Shown one piece after another: positions 50,604 to 58,705 of a DNA stretch of 64,000 nucleotides (position 1 is the first letter of the stretch; each line of letters begins with the position of its first letter). Both the position numbers and the translations under genes were made by a program. The notes beneath the pieces were generated by a model. It was not told the origin of the DNA, did no database searches, and saw only the letters and a list, made by a program, of their open reading frames with translations. The DNA comes from Candidatus Latescibacterota bacterium. Lineage in GTDB: Bacteria; Latescibacterota; UBA2968; UBA8231. The stretch is taken from assembly GCA_965215195.1 (NCBI GenBank), contig CBDCDC010000002.1:2912001-2976000 (forward strand). Reading direction: 5' to 3'.

Positions 50604-52064
50604 ATGTTGACCGCCATTGTAAAACGGGAGTGCCTTGATCATCTCTTTAGCTTGCGTTTCAGCCTCGCCTTAGTGCTGGTGACGGGGCTGATGGTGCTCA
50701 ACGCCCTCAGCTTTGCTGGCGGCACCTATCCGTACAAGCGCGACCGCTACCTCGAAAAGGTGCAAGCCCAGCAAGAGACCCTACGCGCCGACGCCGATAG
50801 GCTGTGGCAACTCGCTGTCAGGGGGCCGGGCGATCTTCACAAAAAGCCCAGTCAACTGATGTTTTGCGCGGCCGAGGCCGACCACGCCTTGCCCAACCGC
50901 GTCGGGGCGTACAACATAGTAAAGGTCACATACAAAATTAAAATCTATGGTATGTGGGTTCTCTCCTTCTTGGTCTCTCACTCCTTCCAAGATTCGCTGA
51001 GGCGCACTGCTCAGCAACTCTTGTCGGTCCAAGCCATTGACTGGGTTTTCATAATCGGCGTCTTCCTCAGCTTGGTGGCCCTGCTGTTTACCTTTGAAGC
51101 CATCGTCGGCGAAAAAGAGCGCGGCACCCTCAAACTGGTCATGGCCCAAAGCCTGCCGCGCCACACCTTGCTGCTGGGCAAGTTCTTGGGGGCCATGCTC
51201 GTTCTAACCTTGGTGATGGTCTTGGGCGTGGTCGTCAACTTGCTGCTCGTGCTATCGCTTTCCGAAGCGAATTTGGGCGCAGGCGAGACCGTGAAGTTGG
51301 TAGGAATGGTGGGATTAGCCCTGCTCTATTTGAGCATCTTTGTGTCACTAGGGCTGTGGGTATCCGCCCGCAGCAGCAGTGCCCGCGCCAGCTTGGTGAG
51401 CGTCCTCCTGCTGTGGACCTGCACTACCCTAATCTGGCCGCAAACCGTCGGCGTTTTGGCAGCCCGTCTGTTGGAAAACAAAAGTCAGAGTGAGGCACCG
51501 GTGACATATAAAAAGGACAAAGTGGTGATGGAATCGCCGACCTCGACTAAAATGCATCTTCTCGCGGTCAAGTTGACCAGACGCAATCTGAAAAATCCCG
51601 CAAAGGTACAGCTACTTGCCGAGGCCATCCGCACCGACCGCCACGCTGTCCAACAAGTCGAGGACGGCATACTGGCCGATCAACTCAACCAAGCTGAATT
51701 CGCCCGCAACCTCGTGCGCCTGTCGCCCATGGGCTGCTTCCAGTACAGCATGGAAGCCCTCGCTGGCACTGGACTAGCGCGCCACAAGAGTTTTATCGAA
51801 CAGGTACGCACCTACGCCCAGCTCTACGAGCAGACTATCATCGCCCTCGACCGCGCCGACCCCGAAAGCATGCACTTGTTTCCGGTCCCCCAAGCCATGT
51901 CCAAGCGCAAAGTCTCCGTTGAGAGCCTGCCCGTCTTCCGCGAAGACTTGTCGGTGGCCACCCTCATCGGCCAAGCCCGCGTCGATGTCATCAGCCTGTG
52001 CTTTTTGGCGGTCATCACGTATCTGCTCGCTTATAGGGCGTGGCTGCGCAGTAGCGTGCTCTAA
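50604..52064 (+). CDS. ABC-2 type transporter permease, paralogue
   Basis: KRECLDHLFSLRF and IVGEKERGTLKLV..LLLGKFLG motifs. Confidence 0.88.
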   Translation: MLTAIVKRECLDHLFSLRFSLALVLVTGLMVLNALSFAGGTYPYKRDRYLEKVQAQQETLRADADRLWQLAVRGPGDLHKKPSQLMFCAAEADHALPNRVGAYNIVKVTYKIKIYGMWVLSFLVSHSFQDSLRRTAQQLLSVQAIDWVFIIGVFLSLVALLFTFEAIVGEKERGTLKLVMAQSLPRHTLLLGKFLGAMLVLTLVMVLGVVVNLLLVLSLSEANLGAGETVKLVGMVGLALLYLSIFVSLGLWVSARSSSARASLVSVLLLWTCTTLIWPQTVGVLAARLLENKSQSEAPVTYKKDKVVMESPTSTKMHLLAVKLTRRNLKNPAKVQLLAEAIRTDRHAVQQVEDGILADQLNQAEFARNLVRLSPMGCFQYSMEALAGTGLARHKSFIEQVRTYAQLYEQTIIALDRADPESMHLFPVPQAMSKRKVSVESLPVFREDLSVATLIGQARVDVISLCFLAVITYLLAYRAWLRSSVL

Positions 52065-52382
52065 GAAGCGGTCTGCTTCACCGCGCCTTTAGGCGTGACC
52101 TTAGTACACGACCCTTACTTTGAGTACGCCTTTTCTGCGGTTTCCGCTGGGTGCGGGATCGAGGGCGTCCCGCCCTCGCCGAGGGCAAGATGCCCTCGAT
52201 CCTTGGCAGGCTGAGGGCTGGTGTCGTGTAGTAAGGGCGTGACAAACCCCCGGCGGACCGCGTTGAGTAGCGGTCCAGCGGCGCTCGGAGGGAGTGTTTT
52301 TCGCGGGCGAGACGCCCTCGATCCTAGACCTAGATTGTTTGCTGCACACAAGGGACGGTTCGCGGAATTTGCAGACCGCTTC
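52065..52382. mobile_element. MITE with 12-bp TIR GAAGCGGTCTGC and TAA TSD, containing a nested MITE
   Basis: TIRs at 52065-52076 and 52371-52382; TAA at 52062-52064 (permease stop codon) and 52383-52385. Confidence 0.75.
52100..52235. mobile_element. Nested MITE with 8-bp TSD GGCGTGAC
   Basis: TIR 12/13; TSD at 52092-52099 and 52236-52243; copy of the element at 43993. Confidence 0.85.
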
Positions 52383-52484
52383 TAAGAGGGCAACCACCAA
52401 GTGCGCTAAAATAGCGCAGAACTGTGTTATCTTAGCGCATCCATAGATCCGCTGTAAACGCAGCTACCATCTATCACAAGGAGA

Positions 52485-53288
52485 ATGCAGATGAAAACGC
52501 TCGCAGTTCGCACCCTATACTTGGCCTTTGCCGCAGCTTGGCTGTACTGCCCCGGCAAGGTCGTCGCCGAGACCAAAAGCCAATACGGCGGCTTTTCGTC
52601 CGACAGTCTTCAAGTCTTCTACGACTACATTCACGGCCAAGAGATGATGAAGGTTGAGGCTGGGGCCCAATTGCGGCAAGCCGTAGAGGCCGTGCCCATT
52701 GAGCTGGGTACGGCTATTGATCTAAAGCAAGAAGCGGGGCTACGCGACTGGCTCTACGACTTCTTGGTAGCCTTTTCAGTTTCGGGCAACGACAGTCTGG
52801 CCGCCACCTTCTATCTACGTGAAAGAATTAAGCACCCGGACCCCAAGATAAGGAGTGGCATTCCAGAATTATTTGAAAAGACCAAAGCCGCATATCAGCA
52901 AACACGCGCGGATCTAGACTGCGACTACTTTTTTGCCAACGTATCTTTCTTAGACAGCGAGTTCAGGGTGTTCGCCATGCAGGAACAGTACGATAGCTAT
53001 CAGTCCTACGCCCAAACTCGCGGTATGCTTCCCAAGGGCCAAACCACTATAACGCTCCCAACACGCGAAGAAATCGAAACGCACGTAGCGGGAGGGGCGC
53101 AGATGGTCTTCGCCGACATCATGTTCATCGTCGAAGAGCCAGAGGAGTTCGCTACATTTGAGACGCCAGGACGAACCCCATCCTTTTTCCGCCTCGCGTG
53201 GGACCCAGAACGGACCGTGTGGCGAATCGTAGAAGCCTTTTTCAGTGTTGGCGTACCACAAACGCAAATGCTTCTGTTGGGCATGTAA
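52485..53288 (+). CDS. Hypothetical secreted protein
   Basis: AAGGAG SD and signal peptide; no recognised motif. Confidence 0.65.
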   Translation: MQMKTLAVRTLYLAFAAAWLYCPGKVVAETKSQYGGFSSDSLQVFYDYIHGQEMMKVEAGAQLRQAVEAVPIELGTAIDLKQEAGLRDWLYDFLVAFSVSGNDSLAATFYLRERIKHPDPKIRSGIPELFEKTKAAYQQTRADLDCDYFFANVSFLDSEFRVFAMQEQYDSYQSYAQTRGMLPKGQTTITLPTREEIETHVAGGAQMVFADIMFIVEEPEEFATFETPGRTPSFFRLAWDPERTVWRIVEAFFSVGVPQTQMLLLGM

Positions 53289-53290
53289 GT

Positions 53291-54910
53291 GTGAGAAGAT
53301 GCGCAGGGTTGTCCATCTTGTGCGCTTGCGTCGTCGCGGCAGAGGCCCAAGTGCGCTACCGGGAAGTCGCGCAAGAAGCCGGGATTGACTTCGAGCACTA
53401 CAACGGTGCCCAAGGCGAATACTACTATGTCGAAACCTTTGGCGCGGGCGCGGCGTTCTTGGACGCCGATGGCGACGGCTGGCAGGACCTCTATCTAGTC
53501 AATGGTGCCCATCTTGCGGGACCCGCTCCCCCAATCCCGCCCATCAACCGCCTCTACCGCAACGCCGGCGATGGAACCTTTGCCGATCTCAGCGTCGGGT
53601 CCGGGTCCGGCGACCAGGGCTACGGCATGGGATGTGCCGCGGGCGACTTCGACAACGATGGGGATCAAGATCTCTACGCGACCAACTTTGGCCCCAATGT
53701 GCTGTTGTGCAACAACGGCGGGGGACGCTTTGCGGACGTCACTCAAGCGGCCGGTGTGGGCGACGGGCGCTGGGGCACTAGCACTGGATTTTTGGACTTC
53801 GACAACGACGGGGATTTGGACCTCTTTGTGGTCAACTATGTGCATTTCAGCTTGCAGGGCAATATCGAGTGCAAGCGGGGCGCGACGCGCTTTTACTGCG
53901 AGCCGAGCACCTACGCGCCCATTGGGGATGTGCTCTATCGCAACGATGGCAGCCGCTTTGTCGATGCGACCAAGAGGATGGGCATCCATGCGGTGGGACG
54001 GGGGCTGGGCGTGGCCTTTGCAGACAGCGACTTGGATGGCGACACGGATATTTACGTGGCCAACGACGGCACGCCGAATTTTCTCTACGAAAACCGAGGG
54101 GTGCGCTTTGTCGAGATCGGCCTGCGCGCCGGGGTGCAATACAACGAAGATGGGCACGCCGAAGCCGGTATGGGCGTCGACTTTGGCGATTTCGACAACG
54201 ACGGGTACGCGGATATTTTTGTAACCAATTACTCGCGCGAGACCAACACCCTCTACTGGAACGATGGCCGGGGGCGCTTTGCCGATTTTACCGCCCACCT
54301 CGGCTTGGGCCCCCCGAGTTATCTGCCCTTGGGGTTCGGGACCAAATTTATGGACTACGACAACGATGGCGACCTCGATTTATTTGTCGGCAATGGGCAC
54401 GTGGTGGATAATATCGCGCAACTTGACGCCGACCTCCGCTACGCCCAGCCCGACCTCATGTTGCGCAACCAAGACGGTGCCCATTTTGAAGAGGTCTCCG
54501 ATCAATTGGGCCCCGACTTTGTCGTCGAGCGTGCGGTTCGCGGCGCGGCTGCGGCCGATTGGGACAACGACGGCGATCTGGATCTACTGGCGACCACCGT
54601 GGCCGGCCGGCCGCGCCTGTTGCGCAACGACGGGGGCAATCGCCAGCACTGGATCGAACTCCTTTTGGTCGGTGCCAGTCAGCGGGATGCACTCGGTGCC
54701 CGCGTCACCGTTACTGCCGGCGGTGCGCGTCAGGTGCGGGAGCGCCAGTCCGGGGGGAGCTATCTGTCCAGCCACGATCCCCGCCTCCATTTTGGCCTTG
54801 GTCGGGCGACGAAAGCGGATGTAGCGATTCGCTGGCCCGATGGCCAAGTCCAGACGTTGGCCGCGATTGACGCCAATCAGATTGTCCGGGTAGTCCAACC
54901 TACTCGCTGA
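53291..54910 (+). CDS. CRTAC1 family (FG-GAP/VCBS repeats plus ASPIC/UnbV) protein
   Basis: Repeated DFDNDGDLDL; DALGARV..GGSYLS..LHFGLG..IRWPDG. Confidence 0.93.
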   Translation: MRRCAGLSILCACVVAAEAQVRYREVAQEAGIDFEHYNGAQGEYYYVETFGAGAAFLDADGDGWQDLYLVNGAHLAGPAPPIPPINRLYRNAGDGTFADLSVGSGSGDQGYGMGCAAGDFDNDGDQDLYATNFGPNVLLCNNGGGRFADVTQAAGVGDGRWGTSTGFLDFDNDGDLDLFVVNYVHFSLQGNIECKRGATRFYCEPSTYAPIGDVLYRNDGSRFVDATKRMGIHAVGRGLGVAFADSDLDGDTDIYVANDGTPNFLYENRGVRFVEIGLRAGVQYNEDGHAEAGMGVDFGDFDNDGYADIFVTNYSRETNTLYWNDGRGRFADFTAHLGLGPPSYLPLGFGTKFMDYDNDGDLDLFVGNGHVVDNIAQLDADLRYAQPDLMLRNQDGAHFEEVSDQLGPDFVVERAVRGAAAADWDNDGDLDLLATTVAGRPRLLRNDGGNRQHWIELLLVGASQRDALGARVTVTAGGARQVRERQSGGSYLSSHDPRLHFGLGRATKADVAIRWPDGQVQTLAAIDANQIVRVVQPTR

Positions 54911-54945
54911 GTTTGAGCTCCCCACTAGACCGCGAGGACCGCACA

Positions 54946-56292
54946 ATGCGTTATAGCGCCCTGCTCGCACCGCTGATGGGGGTGTTGTGTTGGGGTGTTG
55001 GCCCGCTAAAAGCGGCCGAGTCGAACAGACTAGCAGAAGGATTTGTCATCGAGTCGGCAGCCGACCTGCGCGCCTTGACGGCCCGGTCTATTGAAGGGCA
55101 TGTGCTCGTGCAGAGCGACGAACTGAAAGCGCTGCACGGGTTGGAGCGGCTCGAGTACATAGGAGGCGATCTAAGCATTGAGCACAGCGATTCGTTGGAA
55201 AGTTTGGCGGGCCTGCACCACGTAAAGCGGATTGGGGGCAGTCTGAGAATCCGGCGCAACCCCAAGCTCTTAGACTTGGAGGGATTGCGGTCTCTAGAGG
55301 AATTGGGAGGCAGCTTAATAATCGAGCGCAACAATGCCTTGGTCGGTCTGAGGGGGTTGCGCCGGGTTGGTCGCATGGGCGGGTCGCTCAGGATTCAATT
55401 CAATCGCCAACTCGTCCGCATTGAAGGGCTGGAGCGATTGGAGGCGATAGAGGGGCCGGTACTCGTCGTCGGCAATGGGGCGCTAGAAAGCCTCGTGGGC
55501 CTAAAGGGAATCAAACGCCTAACGGGCGGACTGGCCATAGAGCGCAATCGGGCGTTGCAAGCGTTGGGGGGACTGCGGCGGCTGGAGGACGTGGGCGGCT
55601 TTTTGCGGATCAAGAGCAATGGCGCCTTGGTCGAGCTAGCGGGCTTAGCGCAACTCGAGCGCGTCGCTGGGAATGTATTGGTAGTCGGCAATGCCCGTCT
55701 GGTGCGCTTGGCGGGCTTGAGTAGCCTGCGTCAGATCGGGGGCAGTCTGAGAATCGAGAAAAACGATGCACTGGTATCTTTGGCGGGCTTGGCCGGGTGC
55801 AAGAGAATCGGCGGCGATTTGCTGATTCAGGCCAATAGCGTCCTGCCCGATCTCGAAGGCTTGGCCAACTTGGCCCGCATTGAGGGACTCCTCTTGATCA
55901 TCGGCAATAGCGCGCTGCAAAGTCTGGCGGGTCTGCGCCGCCTAAAGTACGTGGGCGGCGATTTGCTGATCGTCGATAATGGGGCACTGGTCAGTTTGGC
56001 AGGGCTGCACCGCCTGAGCCGGATACGGGGGGTCCTATCCGTCTTTGGCAACAGTGCCCTGACCGATCTGGTTGGGCTGCGCCAACTCAGGACTATTGAA
56101 GGCCATTTGTTTGTCCAATTTAACGAGAAATTGCAGAGTTTGGCGGGCTTGGCAAGGCTAGAAAAAGTAGGCGGTCGGCTGGCGATTCGGGCCAATGGGA
56201 ACCTGCCGAGTGCCGCCGCCAAGGCCCTAGCCGAGCGTTTGATCGCCGGTGGGTTTGCGGGCGAGATCCAGATTGAAGCCAACCAACCCTAG
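54946..56292 (+). CDS. Secreted leucine-rich-repeat (receptor L-domain-like) protein, about 15 repeats of 25 aa
   Basis: Repeat LxSLAGLxxLxxIGGxLxIxxNxx. Confidence 0.9.
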   Translation: MRYSALLAPLMGVLCWGVGPLKAAESNRLAEGFVIESAADLRALTARSIEGHVLVQSDELKALHGLERLEYIGGDLSIEHSDSLESLAGLHHVKRIGGSLRIRRNPKLLDLEGLRSLEELGGSLIIERNNALVGLRGLRRVGRMGGSLRIQFNRQLVRIEGLERLEAIEGPVLVVGNGALESLVGLKGIKRLTGGLAIERNRALQALGGLRRLEDVGGFLRIKSNGALVELAGLAQLERVAGNVLVVGNARLVRLAGLSSLRQIGGSLRIEKNDALVSLAGLAGCKRIGGDLLIQANSVLPDLEGLANLARIEGLLLIIGNSALQSLAGLRRLKYVGGDLLIVDNGALVSLAGLHRLSRIRGVLSVFGNSALTDLVGLRQLRTIEGHLFVQFNEKLQSLAGLARLEKVGGRLAIRANGNLPSAAAKALAERLIAGGFAGEIQIEANQP

Positions 56293-56370
56293 CCTCTGAT
56301 TTTGGTTGCTGTGTCTTTTCGTATTTTATACAGTTACTTGCCTTGGCCCAGAAGAGTCGAGTCAGAAGAT

Positions 56371-58644
56371 ATGCCAACCACGCTACATTCCGAGGCAGGT
56401 CGCAAGAACCGCGGACGACGGATCGCGCTGAGGGCGCTTCTCCTGTTGTCAGTCCTCGGAGGAGCACCAGTTGGGGCCCAAGTGGAGGTCGTCCAACTAG
56501 GGGGCGAGGATGGGTTGTCTTGGGAGCGTGGCGGCGGGGAGATTCCAGCCTTGGTAATCCTCGACCCGGCCACGGTCGATCAGTCCAACGCGCCCGGCGG
56601 CGTCATCGACTTTGCTCCCTTTGAGCGCGCCCATTGGATCTTTCCGCAGCAGGCCGATACGACCGACAACATATTGATCGGCGTCAACTCTAAGGAGCGC
56701 GGCGGCAGCGTCATCACGCCCATCCCCTCGTTCCGCTTTCTCGAAGCCGACTTCCCCCAGATGTTCGACGACGACGGAAATACCGCCTTGGCGGTGCAAT
56801 CCTCGGGCACGGGAGGGACCGGGGCCTTTGGCCTGCTCATCGAATTCGATTTGGGGGCCATCTTTGGCGTCAATCGGTTCAAGTTTTTTCCGCGCAATGC
56901 CGATCCGGCCTTTCCGGCCCCGGATTTCCAATCCCAAGACGACTTTTTGAAGGGCTACGAAATTTTCATCAACGACGGCCAACCCGAATCGCGTCGCGAG
57001 GGCAGTCTGATCTGGGAAACGGTCGCCCTCGAGGGGCAGAACCAAGAGGCGGTGGTGGATGTGCGAATCCCCACCCGCTTCGTGCGCTTTTTGCGGCTCA
57101 AATCCCTGACGGCCGCGGACTTTGAGATCGCTGAGTTCCAAGTGTTCAGCGAGGGCTTTGTGCCGCAAGCCGTGTACATTTCCAACGTATTCGACTTTGG
57201 CGAGCGAGCACTTTTGGGCCGTTTGCGCTGGGTTGAGGAGCAGGTGGGCGATCCAACCCGCTCTAGGGTACAGGTCCGCACCCGCACCGGGGACGATCCC
57301 CAGCCGGTTGAGTTTACCCGGATCGGCAAACAATCCTCTGGCCGCGTTGAGCAGCGGGGCGATACGGTTTTTGACATCCCCATCGACGCGCCTTGGAAGA
57401 GAGCCGAAGACGTAGAAGACAGCCAACTCAACAGCCTGATCGCCAACGTCCTCGACAACGAAGAGATGGACGGGCGCGAGGCGCTTTTGACCTTTGGCCA
57501 GTTGCCGTTTGCACAGCGGTCCCAGATCACCCTCGACGAGGCGGACTACGGCAAGTTGGCGAGCGGCCAAAGATCGGTAATTCGCCAAGACCTCACCAAT
57601 TGGAGCCCTTGGTCGCCCCCCTATTCGCCCGAGGGCATTGTCGCCCCAGACCAACTTCAGGTGCAGGGAGCGGGGACGCTGATCGTCTCGCCTAGCCCGC
57701 GGCGCTACTTTCAAGTGATGGTCGAGTTCTTCAATGCCGAGGTCGATGCGGCTACAGGCATCGGCGGGGTGGCTTGGGATGTTTTTCGGCCCGTCTTCGC
57801 CGACTCTCTCATCGCCGAGATCTTGCCCCGCAGCGCCATTTTAGGCCAAGCCACCCGCTTCACGTATGGCGTTCTGGTCAAATCCACCCCCCAGAATGCG
57901 GGCTTTGACCGCTTTGAAATCAGCACGCCGCTGCGCACCGAGTCGATTGGCCAAGTGGCAATACGCCGGGCCGACGGCACGGCAGAGATGGCGGATTTTT
58001 CCGCCGCGTCCCTCGCGTCTCTGCCGGTTGAGCAGAATGGTTTTAGCGTGGTGGCCGTGCGCGACGACGGCTTTGTCGTGGCCTTTCCGCGGATTGCGGA
58101 GAATGGGGTGCTCTTGACCTTGGAGTTTGAAAATGCGGTCCTGCGCTTGGGGACTCGCTTTGCCGGCCGGGCGCTCAACGCCGATAACGACGAGGTGCTG
58201 GGCCAAGTGGTGTTGGCCGGTAATGCCGCGAATTTGAGCCGAGAGGGCATGGATGATCCCGACCGCAAGGGCGTGGGCACCCTCGATCTAAGAAACCTCT
58301 TTGTCGACGTGCCGATTACCGACGAACTGCTGGTGAATGTAGCGGCCGTCCCCAGCGTCTTTACCCCCAATGGCGACGGGATCAACGAGCGGGCGGCCAT
58401 TACCTACGATATCACCAACATAGCCCACCCGACCCGGGTGCAGCTCAGGATCTACGATTTGAGCGGCCGGCTGATCCGCGACCTGTACGAAGGCTTGGAT
58501 ATGAGCGGTCGATTCCCCCGTTTTTGGAATGGGCGCGACGATGGGGACAACCCAGTGCGGCCGGGCCACTATATCTTTTCTATTGCTTTGGATGCGGGGA
58601 CCGGAGAGGAGAAGCGGGTGGGGGTTGTCGGGGTAGCGTATTGA
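56371..58644 (+). CDS. Large secreted protein with C-terminal FlgD-Ig/CHU_C-like domain (paralogue of 44170)
   Basis: PSVFTPNGDGINE..IYDLSGRLIR..WNGRD; shares WSPWSPPY, SPSPRRYF and terminal VAY with the paralogue. Confidence 0.82.
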   Translation: MPTTLHSEAGRKNRGRRIALRALLLLSVLGGAPVGAQVEVVQLGGEDGLSWERGGGEIPALVILDPATVDQSNAPGGVIDFAPFERAHWIFPQQADTTDNILIGVNSKERGGSVITPIPSFRFLEADFPQMFDDDGNTALAVQSSGTGGTGAFGLLIEFDLGAIFGVNRFKFFPRNADPAFPAPDFQSQDDFLKGYEIFINDGQPESRREGSLIWETVALEGQNQEAVVDVRIPTRFVRFLRLKSLTAADFEIAEFQVFSEGFVPQAVYISNVFDFGERALLGRLRWVEEQVGDPTRSRVQVRTRTGDDPQPVEFTRIGKQSSGRVEQRGDTVFDIPIDAPWKRAEDVEDSQLNSLIANVLDNEEMDGREALLTFGQLPFAQRSQITLDEADYGKLASGQRSVIRQDLTNWSPWSPPYSPEGIVAPDQLQVQGAGTLIVSPSPRRYFQVMVEFFNAEVDAATGIGGVAWDVFRPVFADSLIAEILPRSAILGQATRFTYGVLVKSTPQNAGFDRFEISTPLRTESIGQVAIRRADGTAEMADFSAASLASLPVEQNGFSVVAVRDDGFVVAFPRIAENGVLLTLEFENAVLRLGTRFAGRALNADNDEVLGQVVLAGNAANLSREGMDDPDRKGVGTLDLRNLFVDVPITDELLVNVAAVPSVFTPNGDGINERAAITYDITNIAHPTRVQLRIYDLSGRLIRDLYEGLDMSGRFPRFWNGRDDGDNPVRPGHYIFSIALDAGTGEEKRVGVVGVAY

Positions 58645-58705
58645 TATTGGGCGCGGGGATTGCCTCGCGCTGGATTTTACCACGCAGAATTGGGAGGGTG
58701 CGGCA

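Noticed and set aside
56497-57714. Long antisense ORFs (also 31823-32905, 35948-36940, 62737-63681)
   Set aside because: Shadow or alternate-frame ORFs expected at high GC, overlapping well-supported genes, with no motifs.
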